64,000 nucleotides of DNA from NCBI RefSeq assembly GCF_009914755.1, contig NC_060938.1; one strand, written 5' to 3'. The position numbers and the translations under genes were made by a program. Numbering within the stretch: position 1 is the stretch's first letter; each line of letters starts with the position of its first letter. The DNA comes from the human T2T-CHM13v2.0 reference genome, Homo sapiens. The notes under the pieces were generated by a model. That model saw only the letters and a program-made list of their open reading frames with translations, had not been told where the DNA came from and did not search any database. This document shows, piece by piece, positions 39,401-55,980 of this stretch.

Positions 39401-42400
39401 GATGGAGTCAGTTAGATCAAATCTTTTTCACTGTCTCAGTTATAATTTTGCAATGGCAGCTCCATAACTTTAAATAATGACAATTGCAGTTTTTATAAAT
39501 AATCTAGGTAAACTGTTAAAATAAATAAAATAATTAGGTAAATATAATAGGATAAATACTTGTAGACAAACTCATCATAATTTAGAATCTAAGGTTATAT
39601 TAAATTAAATAATAGATATTTCATTATTTGGATATTTTCCAATAAAAATAAACTTGTAGGAAAACATTAAAAAAGTGTATCCTTTTAAAAAATGGTGAAC
39701 AATTTTTGTCTAATTTAAAGCTTGAAGGTATGTATAAAACAAGGTAAAAGGAACCAAGAAGTAAAAGAGATTACTAAAGAAAGTTATAAAAATAAAGATT
39801 TTTTTTTGTAAGAAAGCTTAAAGGGAAACAATTTCATATGAGAAAGGATCTTGTATGGTAAATTTAGTCCTAGAGTAAAATGACTAGTTGTTTAAGAAAG
39901 AGGGATGTTCAGGACAAACCAGAATGTCCAAGCATATCATGAACGGTCTGTGTAAGCCACAGTAAGAGGATTTATTTAAAAAAATCTTTTATATGATCAA
40001 GTTGTCATATTATTATTTAAGTTTTGTTTGCTTAGGAAAATTCTCAGATTACTTTTTTTAAAATTAAGGTTATTACATCTGTCTAACTCTCTGATGCAAC
40101 TTTAAAGTACCTGTGACACTAAGTTACAGGACTTTGACTCCTGGATCTAAAAAGAACACCAAGTCCTGCTAAATTTTAAACACCGAAAGCAATTAAAGCC
40201 CCATCTTCAGGCCCTGCAGAAGATGTCAATCAAAATAAACATTCCTGAGACACAGGGCCAGAAAGTAAAGCTATTTCAACTCAAGGCCCAGGGACTATCA
40301 CAGAAAAGGTGGGCACATGAGATTGAAAGGGCTGATTTTGAAACATAAGTTCAGTTTCTCTATAAATTAGTCATTGATATTAAAGGCACCCTGATGCAAG
40401 ACCAGCATATGGGCCCCTGTGTCAAATTAACAAGGTTTTCTTGAAGCATTAACTGACTCCCTAATAAAGGTTATAAAAGGCTTATGGAAGTTGTATCTTA
40501 TGGTCAAGATTAAAACTTTATAGATTGTTTATAAAATTTTGAAAAACACATTTAATTGGCTTCATGCTGTTTTTATCAGGGCTTGTGGTTTGCAACATTA
40601 AGTCTCCTCTCTCAAAGAATGAAGGTTTTTGCCTTTTTGAAATCCTTGAGTTATCACTTTGGTCAAATGAATGATCCTGTTTTGTGATATCAAGAGTTTT
40701 AAACCTTTGATATTTGACAAACTTTCCAAAATCAAATTATACATTATGTCTTTTTCTAACCAAATTTATCCTTTAAGGTATTAGGTTCCCTAAAGTCCAG
40801 AAATGACATAGTCTGGCTTATTTGGTATAAAAATTATATAGGAAACATTGTCAAATATAAAATGGTGTTTGGTTTTCTTTAGGCTGTATTTGTACAAATA
40901 TGTTATTGGTATGTGTTCCAAAATCACAGGAAATTCCTATAATTCCGATATGACTTAGTGTTCATTATCAGGAATAATTGTAATTGTCATGTTAAATTAT
41001 TGTGTGCCACAGAGGTAACAAATTTCCTTGTCACTCGTGTCTTTGACTATGGCTGCTCTAAAACCTTTTGTCATCCATGGACAATTGTTGTCTTGTTTTG
41101 GTCCTCCTTAGAAGGTGGTTTTATAATCAGCTATAGAACTCTAACAGGTGTTCTTAAATGCAGATTTCTGATAACTTTGGAAATTGTGACATTAGACTAG
41201 AGGAAAAAAACTTTCAGGACTCCCATGGAGAGCTGAAATGTTCATGAATATCAAGCAGAACAGAAGTTAACTATGTAAACTGAACTGATAGAAGACTAAA
41301 GTAATATTTTTGACTATTTGCTTTAAACATTGCTCATCTTTGTTTTTTTTCAGAGTCAAGGAAACTTCTTTTGAGCTACTGACAGCTTTTAACAATTTTA
41401 TATACTCCTATGAACAAAATTTGGAGCATATTTGTTTCTCTCTACCTGATTTCTCCACAATTTGGAAACTATTTGTGAGTATTCTTAACTTACACAATAC
41501 AGTTATTTGCATAAGTGCAGTAAGAATCTTTTCATTTTGCAACAGGACACAATTGGAGAAACTTGTTATTTTAATGAGGCTTTGATTGGAATGGTGTGCT
41601 TTCCTTTAAGGAATCAAACTTGACTTATGGAGCCAATAAAGCCCTTTGGGGAAACTGGCCTCATAACTTCCCTGTACAGGGTTTCTGATCTGTGATAAGT
41701 AAATAATGTCACTTTCTGGCAGGCCCAGGAGCCCCAGGTTTATCTCGGGACCTCAAGAGGAAAGGATCGCCCGACTCATAGGTATTTGATGGCACAAATC
41801 CATGGCTGGGCTCAACTATAAAAAAGTCTTATCTGAGATTCCTTCTATGGAACAGAGTTCCATCAAAGCCATTTTAAAAGCCTATGTGAAAAATATTTAT
41901 TCTTGCTGCACTGTATGCAAATAATTAGGCCAAGTAAAATAAAGCATATCAGTCCTATCATGACTTGTCATTAATAAAAATGGGAAACTGGGGAGAGAAA
42001 ATTTATGTTTCAAAACTAAAATATATTTGTTGTTAGATTCTAGTCTTGCTTAATGTTTTTCAGTTTTATTATTTTCTACAGTTTGGACAAATTCTAATTT
42101 TTCTTGGCTACAAGTTTTCAAAATAATGTTTTCCATTTTTTCCCTCTTTTTCCCCCATTTTTTCTAATTTGGAGTCATTGAAAACTAAGCTGCACTTTCA
42201 TAAAGCCCTGAGAACTTAAGCTAGACAATAAACTTCAGAAGAAAATAACAGCAACCTATTTACATACATAAACCACTTTCATGCCTGTTTGCCAATGTTT
42301 GGATTTCAGAGTAATGTGGCCTATATAGATTTTCCAGGATTGTTCTTTTTGTGGTTGTTGTTTTTCTCCCTTCCTCCCCCTATTTTCTTTTCATAGGACA

Positions 42401-43012
42401 TGAGACTTCACAACCTTCTAACAAAACTTTCCTAATAACTTGGTGCTTACCTGTCTAGGAACAAATCATCCTAGCCATGAGAGATCAGACAAAACATGGG
42501 ACCAGAGGCTCAATTTCTTCTAAAATGCTTTCTCCAAAAGATTTTACAAAAAAAAAGGGGAGAAATTTGAAAGGAAAATATCTTGGTCCCCCAAAATCAC
42601 TAAGCTAAAGAGAAAAGTCAAGCTGGGACTGCTTAGAGCAAGCCTGTCTCCCATTCTATTCAAAGTCACCCCTCTGCTCACTGAGATAAATGCATATCTG
42701 ATTGCCTCCTTTGGAGAGGCTAATCAGAAACTCGAAAGAATACAACCATTTATCTCTTATCTACTTATGACCCAGAAGCCACCTCCCTGCTTCAAGTTAT
42801 CCTGCCTTTCCAGATTGAACCAATGTTTATCTTATATATGTTGAATGATATCTCATGTCTCCCTAAAATGTATAAACCAAACTGTGCTCTGATCACCTTG
42901 GGCACACGTCGTCAGGACCTCCTGAGGCTGTGTCATGAGCACGTGTCCTCAACTTTGACAAAATAAACTTTCTAAATTAACTGAGACCTGTCTCAAATTT
43001 TGGAGGTTCACA
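36495..43012 (+). mobile_element. MER4-group ERV1 provirus (MER4A1-type LTR / MER4-int / LTR), non-autonomous
   Basis: 5' LTR 36495-36942 and 3' LTR 42566-43012; 4-bp TSD ATAG on both sides; PBS at 36946; polypurine tract AAAAAAAAAGGGGAGAAA at 42548-42565; AT-rich internal region with no long ORF. Confidence 0.95.
36946..36963 (+). other. Primer-binding site, tRNA-Arg(UCG)-type
   Basis: TGGTAACCACGTAGGGATTC starts 3 nt after the 5' LTR and matches the recalled complement of the tRNA-Arg(UCG) 3' end (TGGTAACCACGAAGGGATTC) at 19/20 positions. Confidence 0.75.
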
Positions 43013-44656
43013 ATAGTGTCAGTATTTATACAAATTTCATTTGTATTATGCAACATCTTTACCATCTTTTTCCCCCTTTCACATATAAACTGAGCTATTT
43101 GGACCATTTAGACCTCAGTCAGGACCCTCTCTTGCACTGCCTTTTCCCTCATCAAAGCAAAATAAGCAAAAACAGAACATCCTGCCCTCAATTCCCTCCA
43201 TTGCTATCCCTCTCCCAAGAGGGTAAACATAATAATGACACTAATCATCATTAAAAAAAAATAGCATAAATCTAGTGTGTCTTGAAGCTTTGCTGTGGCC
43301 TACCAAATAAGAATCAAAATACCATTCTCCTAGTATTTGGTAACTGAACATCCTTGGACTGGAGGTTGAAAGGAGCTAATATTATTCTAAATCTTATCCT
43401 TTTGCATACAGAGAAATGGCAAAATTCCAGCATAATAATAGTGCACATTTACATAATGCCCTTTTTCACAGGCATTCATAGTGCTTTGCAAAATTTCCTA
43501 TGCATTTTCTCAGTATTAGATAAGAAGAGAAGGGAGATGATTGATTCTAGATGGGGAAAGAGGGATAGGCAAAGCCTGAATCCAAAAAAGTAAAATAAAC
43601 TGTGAGACAGAAAGCTTAAGAGTGGACTCCTGACTCTGAACTTAATGTTCTTTCTACTATTCTTCTGAAGGCAATTTTTTTTCTTTTCTTGGGTCTGCTA
43701 TTCAATAGCACCTAATGAATATTGAAAAGCAAAAGGAGAATGGCCCTTGACATTGAACACTACCAAAAGACATGTTTAGAAGGCAAGATTTATTAAAACT
43801 GGGTTCCAGATAAGCCTATTTTTAAAAATTAAGAAACCAAAAGCAAGTCAAAATTAGGGAAAAATATGAAATATCTACAAAACAAGCTGCATCTTTGTGA
43901 ACCCTAATGATAGAAGGTATGGAAAACTGTTAGATTAAAAAAAGACCAGACTATCCTCAAATAACCTAGAGGTAAATAGTAATACGTTATAATTCATCTG
44001 ATAAATTTCTCAAAACTGTGTGTTTTATTCAGACTAGACTCACTAGGGACTTTTCAAAGTTCTAGATTTATAAGAAAAAAATACTTGAAATTGAAAAGTA
44101 GGAGTAATATATAGGGATCAAAGTTTGAGTCAATTTTTTTTCAGTAAAATGAACTAGTGATGCAATCGTTCCAGGGATTTAAAAGAGTTTCCTCAAATGT
44201 ATCTGGGGGATAAGAAACACTGAAGAGAAAATAGGCCTAGTAATAAATGACAAATGAGATGAAATGAGATTTTGAAATAGTTGGGCTACTGAACTGACTT
44301 TTTAAATAGATATTTTAACAAGAAAAACAAAAAAGGGGCTAAGAACAGAGAAGGAACAACAGTTGTCAGCAGAATGCTGATAAATAGCAAGCAAGGGAAT
44401 TCAGTCCTTGCAAAAATAAGGATTTTCCAAATCAGCAAACTTGGGGGATATGCCTTGCCACGGGGGATAAGAAAGAACTGAGTAATTTATATTCTGAATC
44501 ACATTTTCTCTTACGTTTTCATTCAGCCAGGATAATCAAACCATATTATAAACCCCAGAAACTGCTTTAACATGCAAAACATGCAAAACACCTGGCTTGC
44601 ATTCTCACTCCTAATATCCTCAGATAATCACACATGCTTTTAACAAACAAATTTAA

Positions 44657-46565
<1,909 letters not shown>

Positions 46566-46569
46566 TAGT

Positions 46570-47190
46570 TATTTTTAACTTAAAAAGCTTATATATGTTC
46601 ATTATAAAAAACTTGAAAAACTCAGAAAAATAGAATAATAATATAATCATGAAGAATATTTTGATTTTAATGCATTTTCTTCATCTTCTAAACACGCACA
46701 TATATACACACATACAGACTACACTGTTCCATATTGTTTTATTTGATGTACTTTGACGTACTCTTTTTATTAAGTATCCTTCCAAATATTATTTTAATGA
46801 CTCTATTGCATTCCCTTGTATGGATATATCATAATTTATTCATCCATCTCCCTGTTGTTAGAAATTTAGATTGTTTCCAATTTTCACCACTCTATAATGT
46901 TCACTGATCTTTTCATCTATACTATTTTGTTAAAATGAATCACAAAATGAATTACAAAAAAACTTAGAATTCCTGAGCCAAATATTATCAATATTTCTTC
47001 AAATTTTGTGAAAAATTTAACTGTTCTCCAAAATAGAGACTAATATAATGAACTCCCTTATACAAATCATCCCACAATCAACATAAAAAATTTTGCAAAA
47101 TCTTTATTTTTAAGGTTCTTGATATGCAGTACATTGTCTAATTGCTTTCCAGAAATTGACCAATTTTTATTCTCACTATCATTGTGAAGC
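46570..47190 (-). mobile_element. L1ME 3' fragment
   Basis: GTATGGATATATCATAATTTATTCATCCATCTCCCTGTTGTTAGAAATTTAGATTGTTTCCAATTTT. Confidence 0.7.
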
Positions 47191-48077
47191 TCCCATAAGA
47201 ACTCTAACTAGAATTGTGTGTCTCTAATATCTGATCATTGTTGGCAAATATGGTTAGCTATTTCAAACCTAAGTTGTCAGAATCTTGCCTCACATTGTCC
47301 TAAGAGTCTAGTCTAGATCCTTTAAAAATTCATTTCATCTCACAATGCAGTTTCTATCTTTCAAGATTGTCTACCTTCAATTCAGCAGAGGAGCTCAGAC
47401 TTCAACTGACGGTCCTTCAGCCTTTGGAAAATGGATGTGGGTAGCAGTTTCCCCTCTGTACGAGTATCTCTGGTGTAGTTGGGGAATCCAAGCTCAATTC
47501 TGATCATCCGGTTACTTATTGGAAGTAGTGTGAGTCATGATAATTGAAGGTTGTTGGCTAAGCATGGTTGTCATGCTAAGTTTCCATATGTCAGCCTTCT
47601 TCAACGTCTGTATCTTTGCTAAATAGACCAAAACTTACAATATATAATTAAATGTTACATTATATGCATCATCAAAACTAGGCCAGTCTATTTATACGGA
47701 AATTGAGTATCTTGCTAACTTACTATTTTGATTTGAAGATAGATGTTGGCACTCAAAGAATTATTATTATTATTGTATAAATAATATAATGGCTATATGG
47801 TATACTGGAAAAATCACCAAAATGGGAATAAAGAGTCAAATTCGAGACTCAACTCTGCTATTAACTAGTTATATAATGTTAGATTAGTTTTAAAATCACC
47901 CAGTATTTGATTTCGGTTTTTAAATTTACTAAACTGTCCTCTGGTTCTAAAATTCCACAAATTAAAAATGTCTTGATATAACTTATTACCCATTTACTAT
48001 TAAAAATGCACTTTAAAAGATGATAGGTAGCATAGTAGTTGCTATGACATTATCTGTAGGAGTTAATGTAAGTCACC

Positions 48078-48269
48078 TAGTGGTGTGATGCTGATAAATG
48101 TTTTCAACAACCAGCTCTCTGGTGAAAACAGCTCGGATATGTATCTTTGGCCTGGTTCCAGAGTGTGACTATTCACCCCAGATGATTTAAAGTCACTGAA
48201 TGTGGAATTGGAAACAGATAGGCACAATCATCTCACAAGCCAGTGTAAGCTGGCTCTGGCACAATACTG
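48078..48269 (-). mobile_element. MER63A-like hAT-Blackjack element
   Basis: AGTGGTGTGATGCTGATAAATGTTT..CAACCAGCTCTC...AAGCTGGCTCTGGCACAATACTG. Confidence 0.72.
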
Positions 48270-48284
48270 GCCCTGCATTTATAT

Positions 48285-48815
48285 GGTATTCAAGGAAAAA
48301 TATATTCAGCTGAAGTAACAAACAATCTAGCTATCAGTGGCTTAAACAATAAAGGAATATATATTTTTTTCCATGTAAAAGAAGTCTGGACGTAGCGGTT
48401 CAAAGTTTGTTTCAGCAGTTCCACCATCTCAGGGTATTGGGTCAGTTTCTCCATAATTCTCTTGGCCTTCTACCTTATTGTTACAAAACAGCCAGAGTAG
48501 CTCCAAGCTTCCTGTCCTTTTAGGACCATATCCAAAGTAGAAAAGACATTGTAAAGAAAATATACTTTTTACTTGTCATTGTTTTCCTCCTTTTATTAAA
48601 GAGAAAGAAAAAATTTGCCCAGAAACCCCAGAAGGCTTCACCTCATGTTTCACTAGCCAGGACTGAATCCCATGTCCATTCTCAGACCTGTCACTGGCAA
48701 AGAGGATGTGAATTGCCACAGTTGGTTCAGATCAATTGTGATTTTAACCCTGGGACTGAACATATGGACAAAAGAGGAAGTAACATTGATGTAGGCAAAT
48801 AATAGTGTTGGCTAC
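48285..48815 (-). mobile_element. Old MLT1 (J/K/L-like) LTR
   Basis: CAGCTGAAGTAACA...CAGTGGCTTAAACAATAAAG...AAGAAGTCTGG...GTTGGCTACA. Confidence 0.65.
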
Positions 48816-51327
48816 ATGTAAGAAAAGTTTCAAGCTGAAAAATGCTGATACTTGCAACTACCTACTCCAATCCAATTTGTTAATTATTGAGTCTATTCAA
48901 TGGGCAAGACAAAAGAATGTATCTATCTCTCTCTTGGGCATGTCATAATCACATGCCCAAGAGTGGATTTATAAAGGAAGTCCCAGCATAGTCATTAAGA
49001 CGTTTAACCTTTTTAAACTTCTTTATGAAATTGGGAGAGTTATATTTTAAAATGTCAATCTATATCATAATTTAACTTACAAAAATTTTTAATTAATGTG
49101 AACACCTTAGATCAAGCTTTTTGACCATTTGGACAAAGGAGTAACTAGTCCTGATTTAATTTAAAGATTTAGAGTTAATATCCTAATTCAGGGATTTATT
49201 ATCATGATATATTACTATATGTAATGGCCTTCATTTAATTTTTAGTAAACGCTGCTTGGGTTATAGACCAGTTTCTAATACATGTACTCAAGTAATAAAA
49301 CTTCATTTATTTAAAATGATTTTGTGGTTCATAAATAGTATTTCATTTGATATCTCATTTTATAACATTCAGAACGTTTGCCACAGTGCATCCAAACTGA
49401 AATTGGAAAGGGAGTCAGATCTGGTATATTAAACAAGTCTCAGAATAAAAATTTTTTTTACATGGAAAATGACCAGCTTATAAAGCCAGAAGATTCTCAG
49501 AGTTGTCACCTAGGGCTTACACAGCCTTTAAAAAATATACAGAACCTGTTCAGACTCTGCTTCTTTATATTTTCCTAATTATCATTTATTTATATATCAT
49601 TTTTTATTTGCAAATACAAATGCAAATAAAAGATGGAAAAATGCTACTATACAGAAAAAAGGCCTAATATGACAAATGTCATTATTGAAGCAGCATATGG
49701 GGCAAGGGTACATAATTTGGTTATTTTTATTTTGTAGTGCCTAATATTGTAGATGGTTATTGTTAAATTGAGAAAATTATACCAGTGGCATACTTTAGGT
49801 TGTTCAATCATTTCAGTAGAGGTGGCAGATGAGCCTATATGAGTAGCTAACGCAGAACTAGATAATTTTTGCTCAGTTTAGACTATGGAGACTACTTTTT
49901 ATTTTGGCTGTGGAATATGACTAGATTATCTAATTTGAGATGTATTATATAACCCAGCCCTTTACAAATTTTATATTTTATCTATTTAGTACTTTTCTAT
50001 GTCCCCTATAATGCCTAATCATAGGTGTCAAGAATATTTGTTCTTTTGGGTTTTCTCATTTTATTTTAAAAGTGTTACTTCTGTCATTCACTCTCTGACA
50101 CACTGAATCTAAATCTATCAAATTAGGTAATAAGATCAAACTGGCATTTCATATAATTTAAGCAAAACAATCCTTGAATTACCTGGATTAAATGCCTTCT
50201 TTAAAAATCGTTATTTCATTGCAAAAAAAGAAAAACCTAGCACAGAAAAAGACTGATTGAGTATACAAAATGACAGCCTGAAGGCCAGGTGCAGCCTCCA
50301 AGCATGTATTTACTCTACACAATATTTAAAAGTCAAAAGTCACAACAAATTCACATTTCCAGCTACTCTTGAAAATCATTAGGAACTGTCAGGATTACGT
50401 CTCTACATTTTCAGCTGGAGCTGATTCCCCATCCCCACACCCTACTGTAGACAAGGCCTCTGCTCTCCTGTAACCCTGCACAGTCCCTGCTGCAATGGGC
50501 TCAGTGCTTGCACTTAGCACTCCCACTTTGCCAGTTTCTCTCATTTAAGGCATCTAGCAGGCATGTGGTTGTGCTAGTGGTTACCTGATAAAGACACTCT
50601 CACTAAGAAGGAAGTGGGGGCTTCTTTCATCAAGGAAGGAAGATATCCCCTCTAAGCCCCCTCAGGAGGAGCCTTAGAGGGGAAATCATTTTCCCCTCTA
50701 AAATTATTATGAAAATCATTTCCTAACTTTGCCTAGAGGGGATTTGCCTAGAGGGGATATCTTTTTCTAATACCAAAGGAGACTAGCAGCCCTCACAGAA
50801 ATCTGATCTAAGCCTAAAAAGTCCTAAGAGCAAGAATTTTGTCTTATTTGTCTCATTTGACTTTGTAATCTTGGGGCTAGGCAGGTCTAGAACACATAAT
50901 AGGATTCAAAAAATGTAAGACAAGTAAATGATTCAGCTTCTACTGTCTACCAAAAATTAGTTTGAAAGGCTCTTAAAAGATTTAAGGTATATTTGGAGGA
51001 ATATTGGCACCTTCATGGTCACCAGCCTATGGGATCTGAACCTCTTTTAAAAGGAATTCTGTGGACTAGGAAGCCCTATTGACTTGGATTGCTCCACATT
51101 AATAGATTCTACTTCCTTTTCTTATTTGCTATGTGCTACTGTTCCCTGATGGAACTGAAGCCTGGGCATCCAGCTATTCCCCAAGCCTGTCTAGTCTGTC
51201 CCACATCCCTTTACCCAGATGTGTACCTAAAACCCCAATATACTTTATTAGCTGAGTGCACCCAAAATATAATAGTAAATTTCAAAAATCTACTCTGCTT
51301 CCAGAAGCAAAGTAAACTTTCTTTACA

Positions 51328-51328
<1 letters not shown>

Positions 51329-51372
<44 letters not shown>
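51329..51372. repeat. (AC)22 microsatellite
   Basis: Perfect repeat. Confidence 0.98.
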
Positions 51373-51375
<3 letters not shown>

Positions 51376-51994
51376 GTAAAGTAGAATATAGTTTTTCTTC
51401 CAATCTATTGTATTCCATACATCTTAAAAATATATACAGAGAATTATTTTTGCTCATTTGGTTACTTATTTATACTTCTCTACAAAGGATTGAGGAGGTT
51501 TATGAAAATAAGAAAAAATGATTAAAAAATCAGGCACAAAAAAGTATTAATTAGATTAGAAAGTCATAAACAGGGGTTGGGTCTCACATGTCTGGTCACA
51601 AAATTGCTTTGAGATCCCCTGCATACCAAAAGAAAATAAAAACAAAACCAGTTTACTGATTTGTCCCTAAGGAAAAATACATGCCAATATTTCCCCAAAG
51701 AAGCAACATTTTCTTTAGTATCTAATTCTGAAAGAAATTTATGATATGTGGACAGTAGTGGCAGCTGGGGAGAGCTGGTCATGGAAAGACGTCTTAGATA
51801 ATTTTCTTTACAAATGCAGGAATGGCTTCATAAAACTTACTCAGGGTATCCCAAATGCAAGGTGAATATGTGACACAAAATGTCACACAGGAGGTAAGTT
51901 CTACAGATGCCCCCACTCCCACTCAAAAAAAACAAAAACAATTCAAGTAAACAGCTTTTGGCTGATACGCTGTGATTGGAGAAGAAACCTGGAA

Positions 51995-52180
51995 GCAGTA
52001 ATTCTCAGTCATAGCTCCACAGATCCCGCATCAGAACCACCAGGGATTAGCGAGTGCTTTTTAAAACCTCACGTTCTTCGTATCTACAGAGTAGGAATCT
52101 CTGGGGGATAACCCTGAGGAGATGCAGCTTTTCCAGGCTCCCCAAGTGATTCTTAAATCCCATCAGAAAGAGAACCTCTG
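51995..52180. mobile_element. MER5-like MITE
   Basis: CAGTAATTCTCA...GCATCAGAACCACC...GCTCCCCAAGTGATTCT...GAGAACCTCTG. Confidence 0.65.
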
Positions 52181-52188
52181 TCCCAGAA

Positions 52189-53454
52189 CAGTGGTCTTCA
52201 GGCTTTTTTTGCTTGTGTGTTATAAAAGAATTTTGAAAAACTAAGTACAGTGTCACATTTAAGTTGCCATCTCAATTTTTTATTCTAATTTTATACAGTT
52301 GCAAAACATATAATTTCTGGTTTATTGTAATACTGATATTTTCAAATAAGTCTTATCTATCACCTTAAAATGTATCCAACGAGTCTTAAATACTCATACT
52401 TAATGAAATGTAAATAAATGAAAAACTCTTCTACAACAGTCAAAAATTTGACATTTTCTCCTTGAACTCATGTTTCCATTACACTGTCCCCATAGAAATT
52501 TATTCTAATGCAATGTATTTTATGTTTTAAAGTCTTTTTTAACATCCCATCATGCTTCTCTGCAAAATATGTACATTGAAATTTTGTTTTAGTTTTTGTG
52601 ACGTTAAGACTGTGTTAACATTTCTTCAGAACTAAGTTAGCATTGTAATTGTTATTAGTATACAATTAACAAAAACATACATATTATATATATTTCATAA
52701 CTAATTTTTAATTATGACAATTTTTGGAAAGTGCTTCTATTAATTTGATGGATAGGCTGTTTTGTTCCCTGGTTAGTTCATGTATTCATTGGTGAGTATT
52801 ACTTATTACTAGAATAAGACAAGCTTAAGCATCAATTTTATTCATATGCTTTGCTTTACATACAATACTCACTGAGTGTTTACACAAATAAGGAGATGGG
52901 AATGGAAAGTATTTTGTTATAGCAATGTCACTCAAATCTTTGAACTTCTTCTGAATTATAAACCCCAAATCATAGATAATTTATCATCAAAATTTAATTT
53001 TATTAAGTTTAAGCTGACAATTTTATTAGGTCTTCCTTCAATTTTGTTAACAGCACAGAATTGGAAATCACCTAACCTGCAAACGAATTTATAATCCAGT
53101 CATTAATAGCCATTTACTCTCTTTAATCCTAGCACCAACATTTTGAAATATGATTAGTTTAATGCTCTAGATGTGTAAAAGGGATGTGTAAAAGCCTCTA
53201 GGGCATTAAACTACCCCAAGTAAGATTCCAGATGGTTGAAAAGTATTCCATTCTTTTAACAAGTGGATGAAGCATGATTGGAAAAGGGGAGGTGGGAAAA
53301 GAGGCCAAGGGACATTCTCAGGCAGATTCATTTTAGTAAAGAATATTTGTGGAAATTGAGGATCTCAGAAAAGCTTTTCTAAAAACTACTCTTGCTTCCA
53401 CATTTCTCAAAAAGTCTTGAGGAAAGTTCACAAACCTCAGTTTGAAGACCACTG
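52189..53454 (-). mobile_element. hAT-Charlie element (Charlie2-like), internally deleted
   Basis: Perfect 12-bp TIRs CAGTGGTCTTCA / TGAAGACCACTG. Minus strand ~52800-52965 reads QKKFKDLSDIAITKYFPFPSPYLCKHSVSIVCKAKHMNKIDA*ACLILVIS, resembling a hAT C-terminal dimerisation domain. Confidence 0.8.
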
Positions 53455-54229
53455 TGCAATGTATCTGAACACACTGAGAGAATGAATTACTTTCAAAAAG
53501 ACTTCAATAATATTACAGAAAATTAATGTGTCCCAACATTTATCTCAGTCTTCTCAACTCCCTGGATTTAATCTAAATGTAGGTAGGTATAGCCTGACTT
53601 GAGATAGCTACAGCAAGGGTTAAGGAGAAGGAGCCAACAAAATGTTCATAACAAACAGCACAGGAAGATGTGGGAGATCTTTAAGAGCCAACAAGCCTTG
53701 CTGTTAGGAGAGCCAGTCCTTCTCTCCTTATTTTAATGAAATTCTTATAATTCCCCCAAGGGTTGAATTGGCTCTGGGTTGACAGGACCAGAAGGTCCTC
53801 ATGTTTTCTCCCTGAGGAATTCTGTAATTTTGTTGCCACAAACAAAGCTGAGGATAGGAAAGCATCTCCTTTTTTGTTTTGTTTTGTTTAATATGAAAAT
53901 AATTGCCTCTACTCTTGGAGACCTGGCTTAATTAGACTAATCTGATTTTCCACCGGCAAAACCAACACTAAAATGGTATTGCTCCAAGTTCTCTAACTAT
54001 AGAGCAATCACACGTTTCCTCAACAGATACTAAAGTCAAATGCTCTAATGTTGGATGAGGTCATTGTGACTAGCTTGTTATAAGGCCTATTTTAAGAGAC
54101 CACATGAATTTCAGTGAATATTATGCTGTGATAGGAAGCAACAGATAGAAAGTTTACTGCAGAAAAAAATTATAGAATTGTTCCTATAATTTATCTAAAC
54201 AGGATGAGTTTCCACAAGTTATTTCATAA

Positions 54230-55193
<964 letters not shown>

Positions 55194-55615
55194 CAAGTGC
55201 TCTTCCTCTTTGAATCATTCATAATCAAGAACAGAAATGAAGGTAAGTTGGGCTGCTACTGCCCATTAAATGTTTCAAAATTCTATCATAGTTCTGCCAA
55301 CCAAGTATCACAACATGAAATTTAGAGAGGCAATACTTTAGCGATCAATGCCATTTTTGTCCTCTACTATTTGCTACCACCTGTCACATATGCAGTCAAA
55401 GATGCTACTAATGATAATTCATCCAACCAGTTTCTTTTTTTTAACTGTGAGGCGTTTTCTCACCCTCATTCAATCCAAACTTTTCATGGAAATTCCTAGG
55501 GCAACCAATGTGAATTATATATGATTTGATATGGCTGTCCTAATTTAACATCATATTACACCAGGTATCATCCAAAACTTACAAGTGACATATATATGTT
55601 GTAAAGGTATTTGTA

Positions 55616-55975
<360 letters not shown>

Positions 55976-55980
55976 TTAAC

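Noticed and set aside
50640-50763. CRISPR-like array
   Set aside because: This is human DNA; the repeats are 9-15 bp, in mixed orientation and irregularly spaced, with no cas genes.
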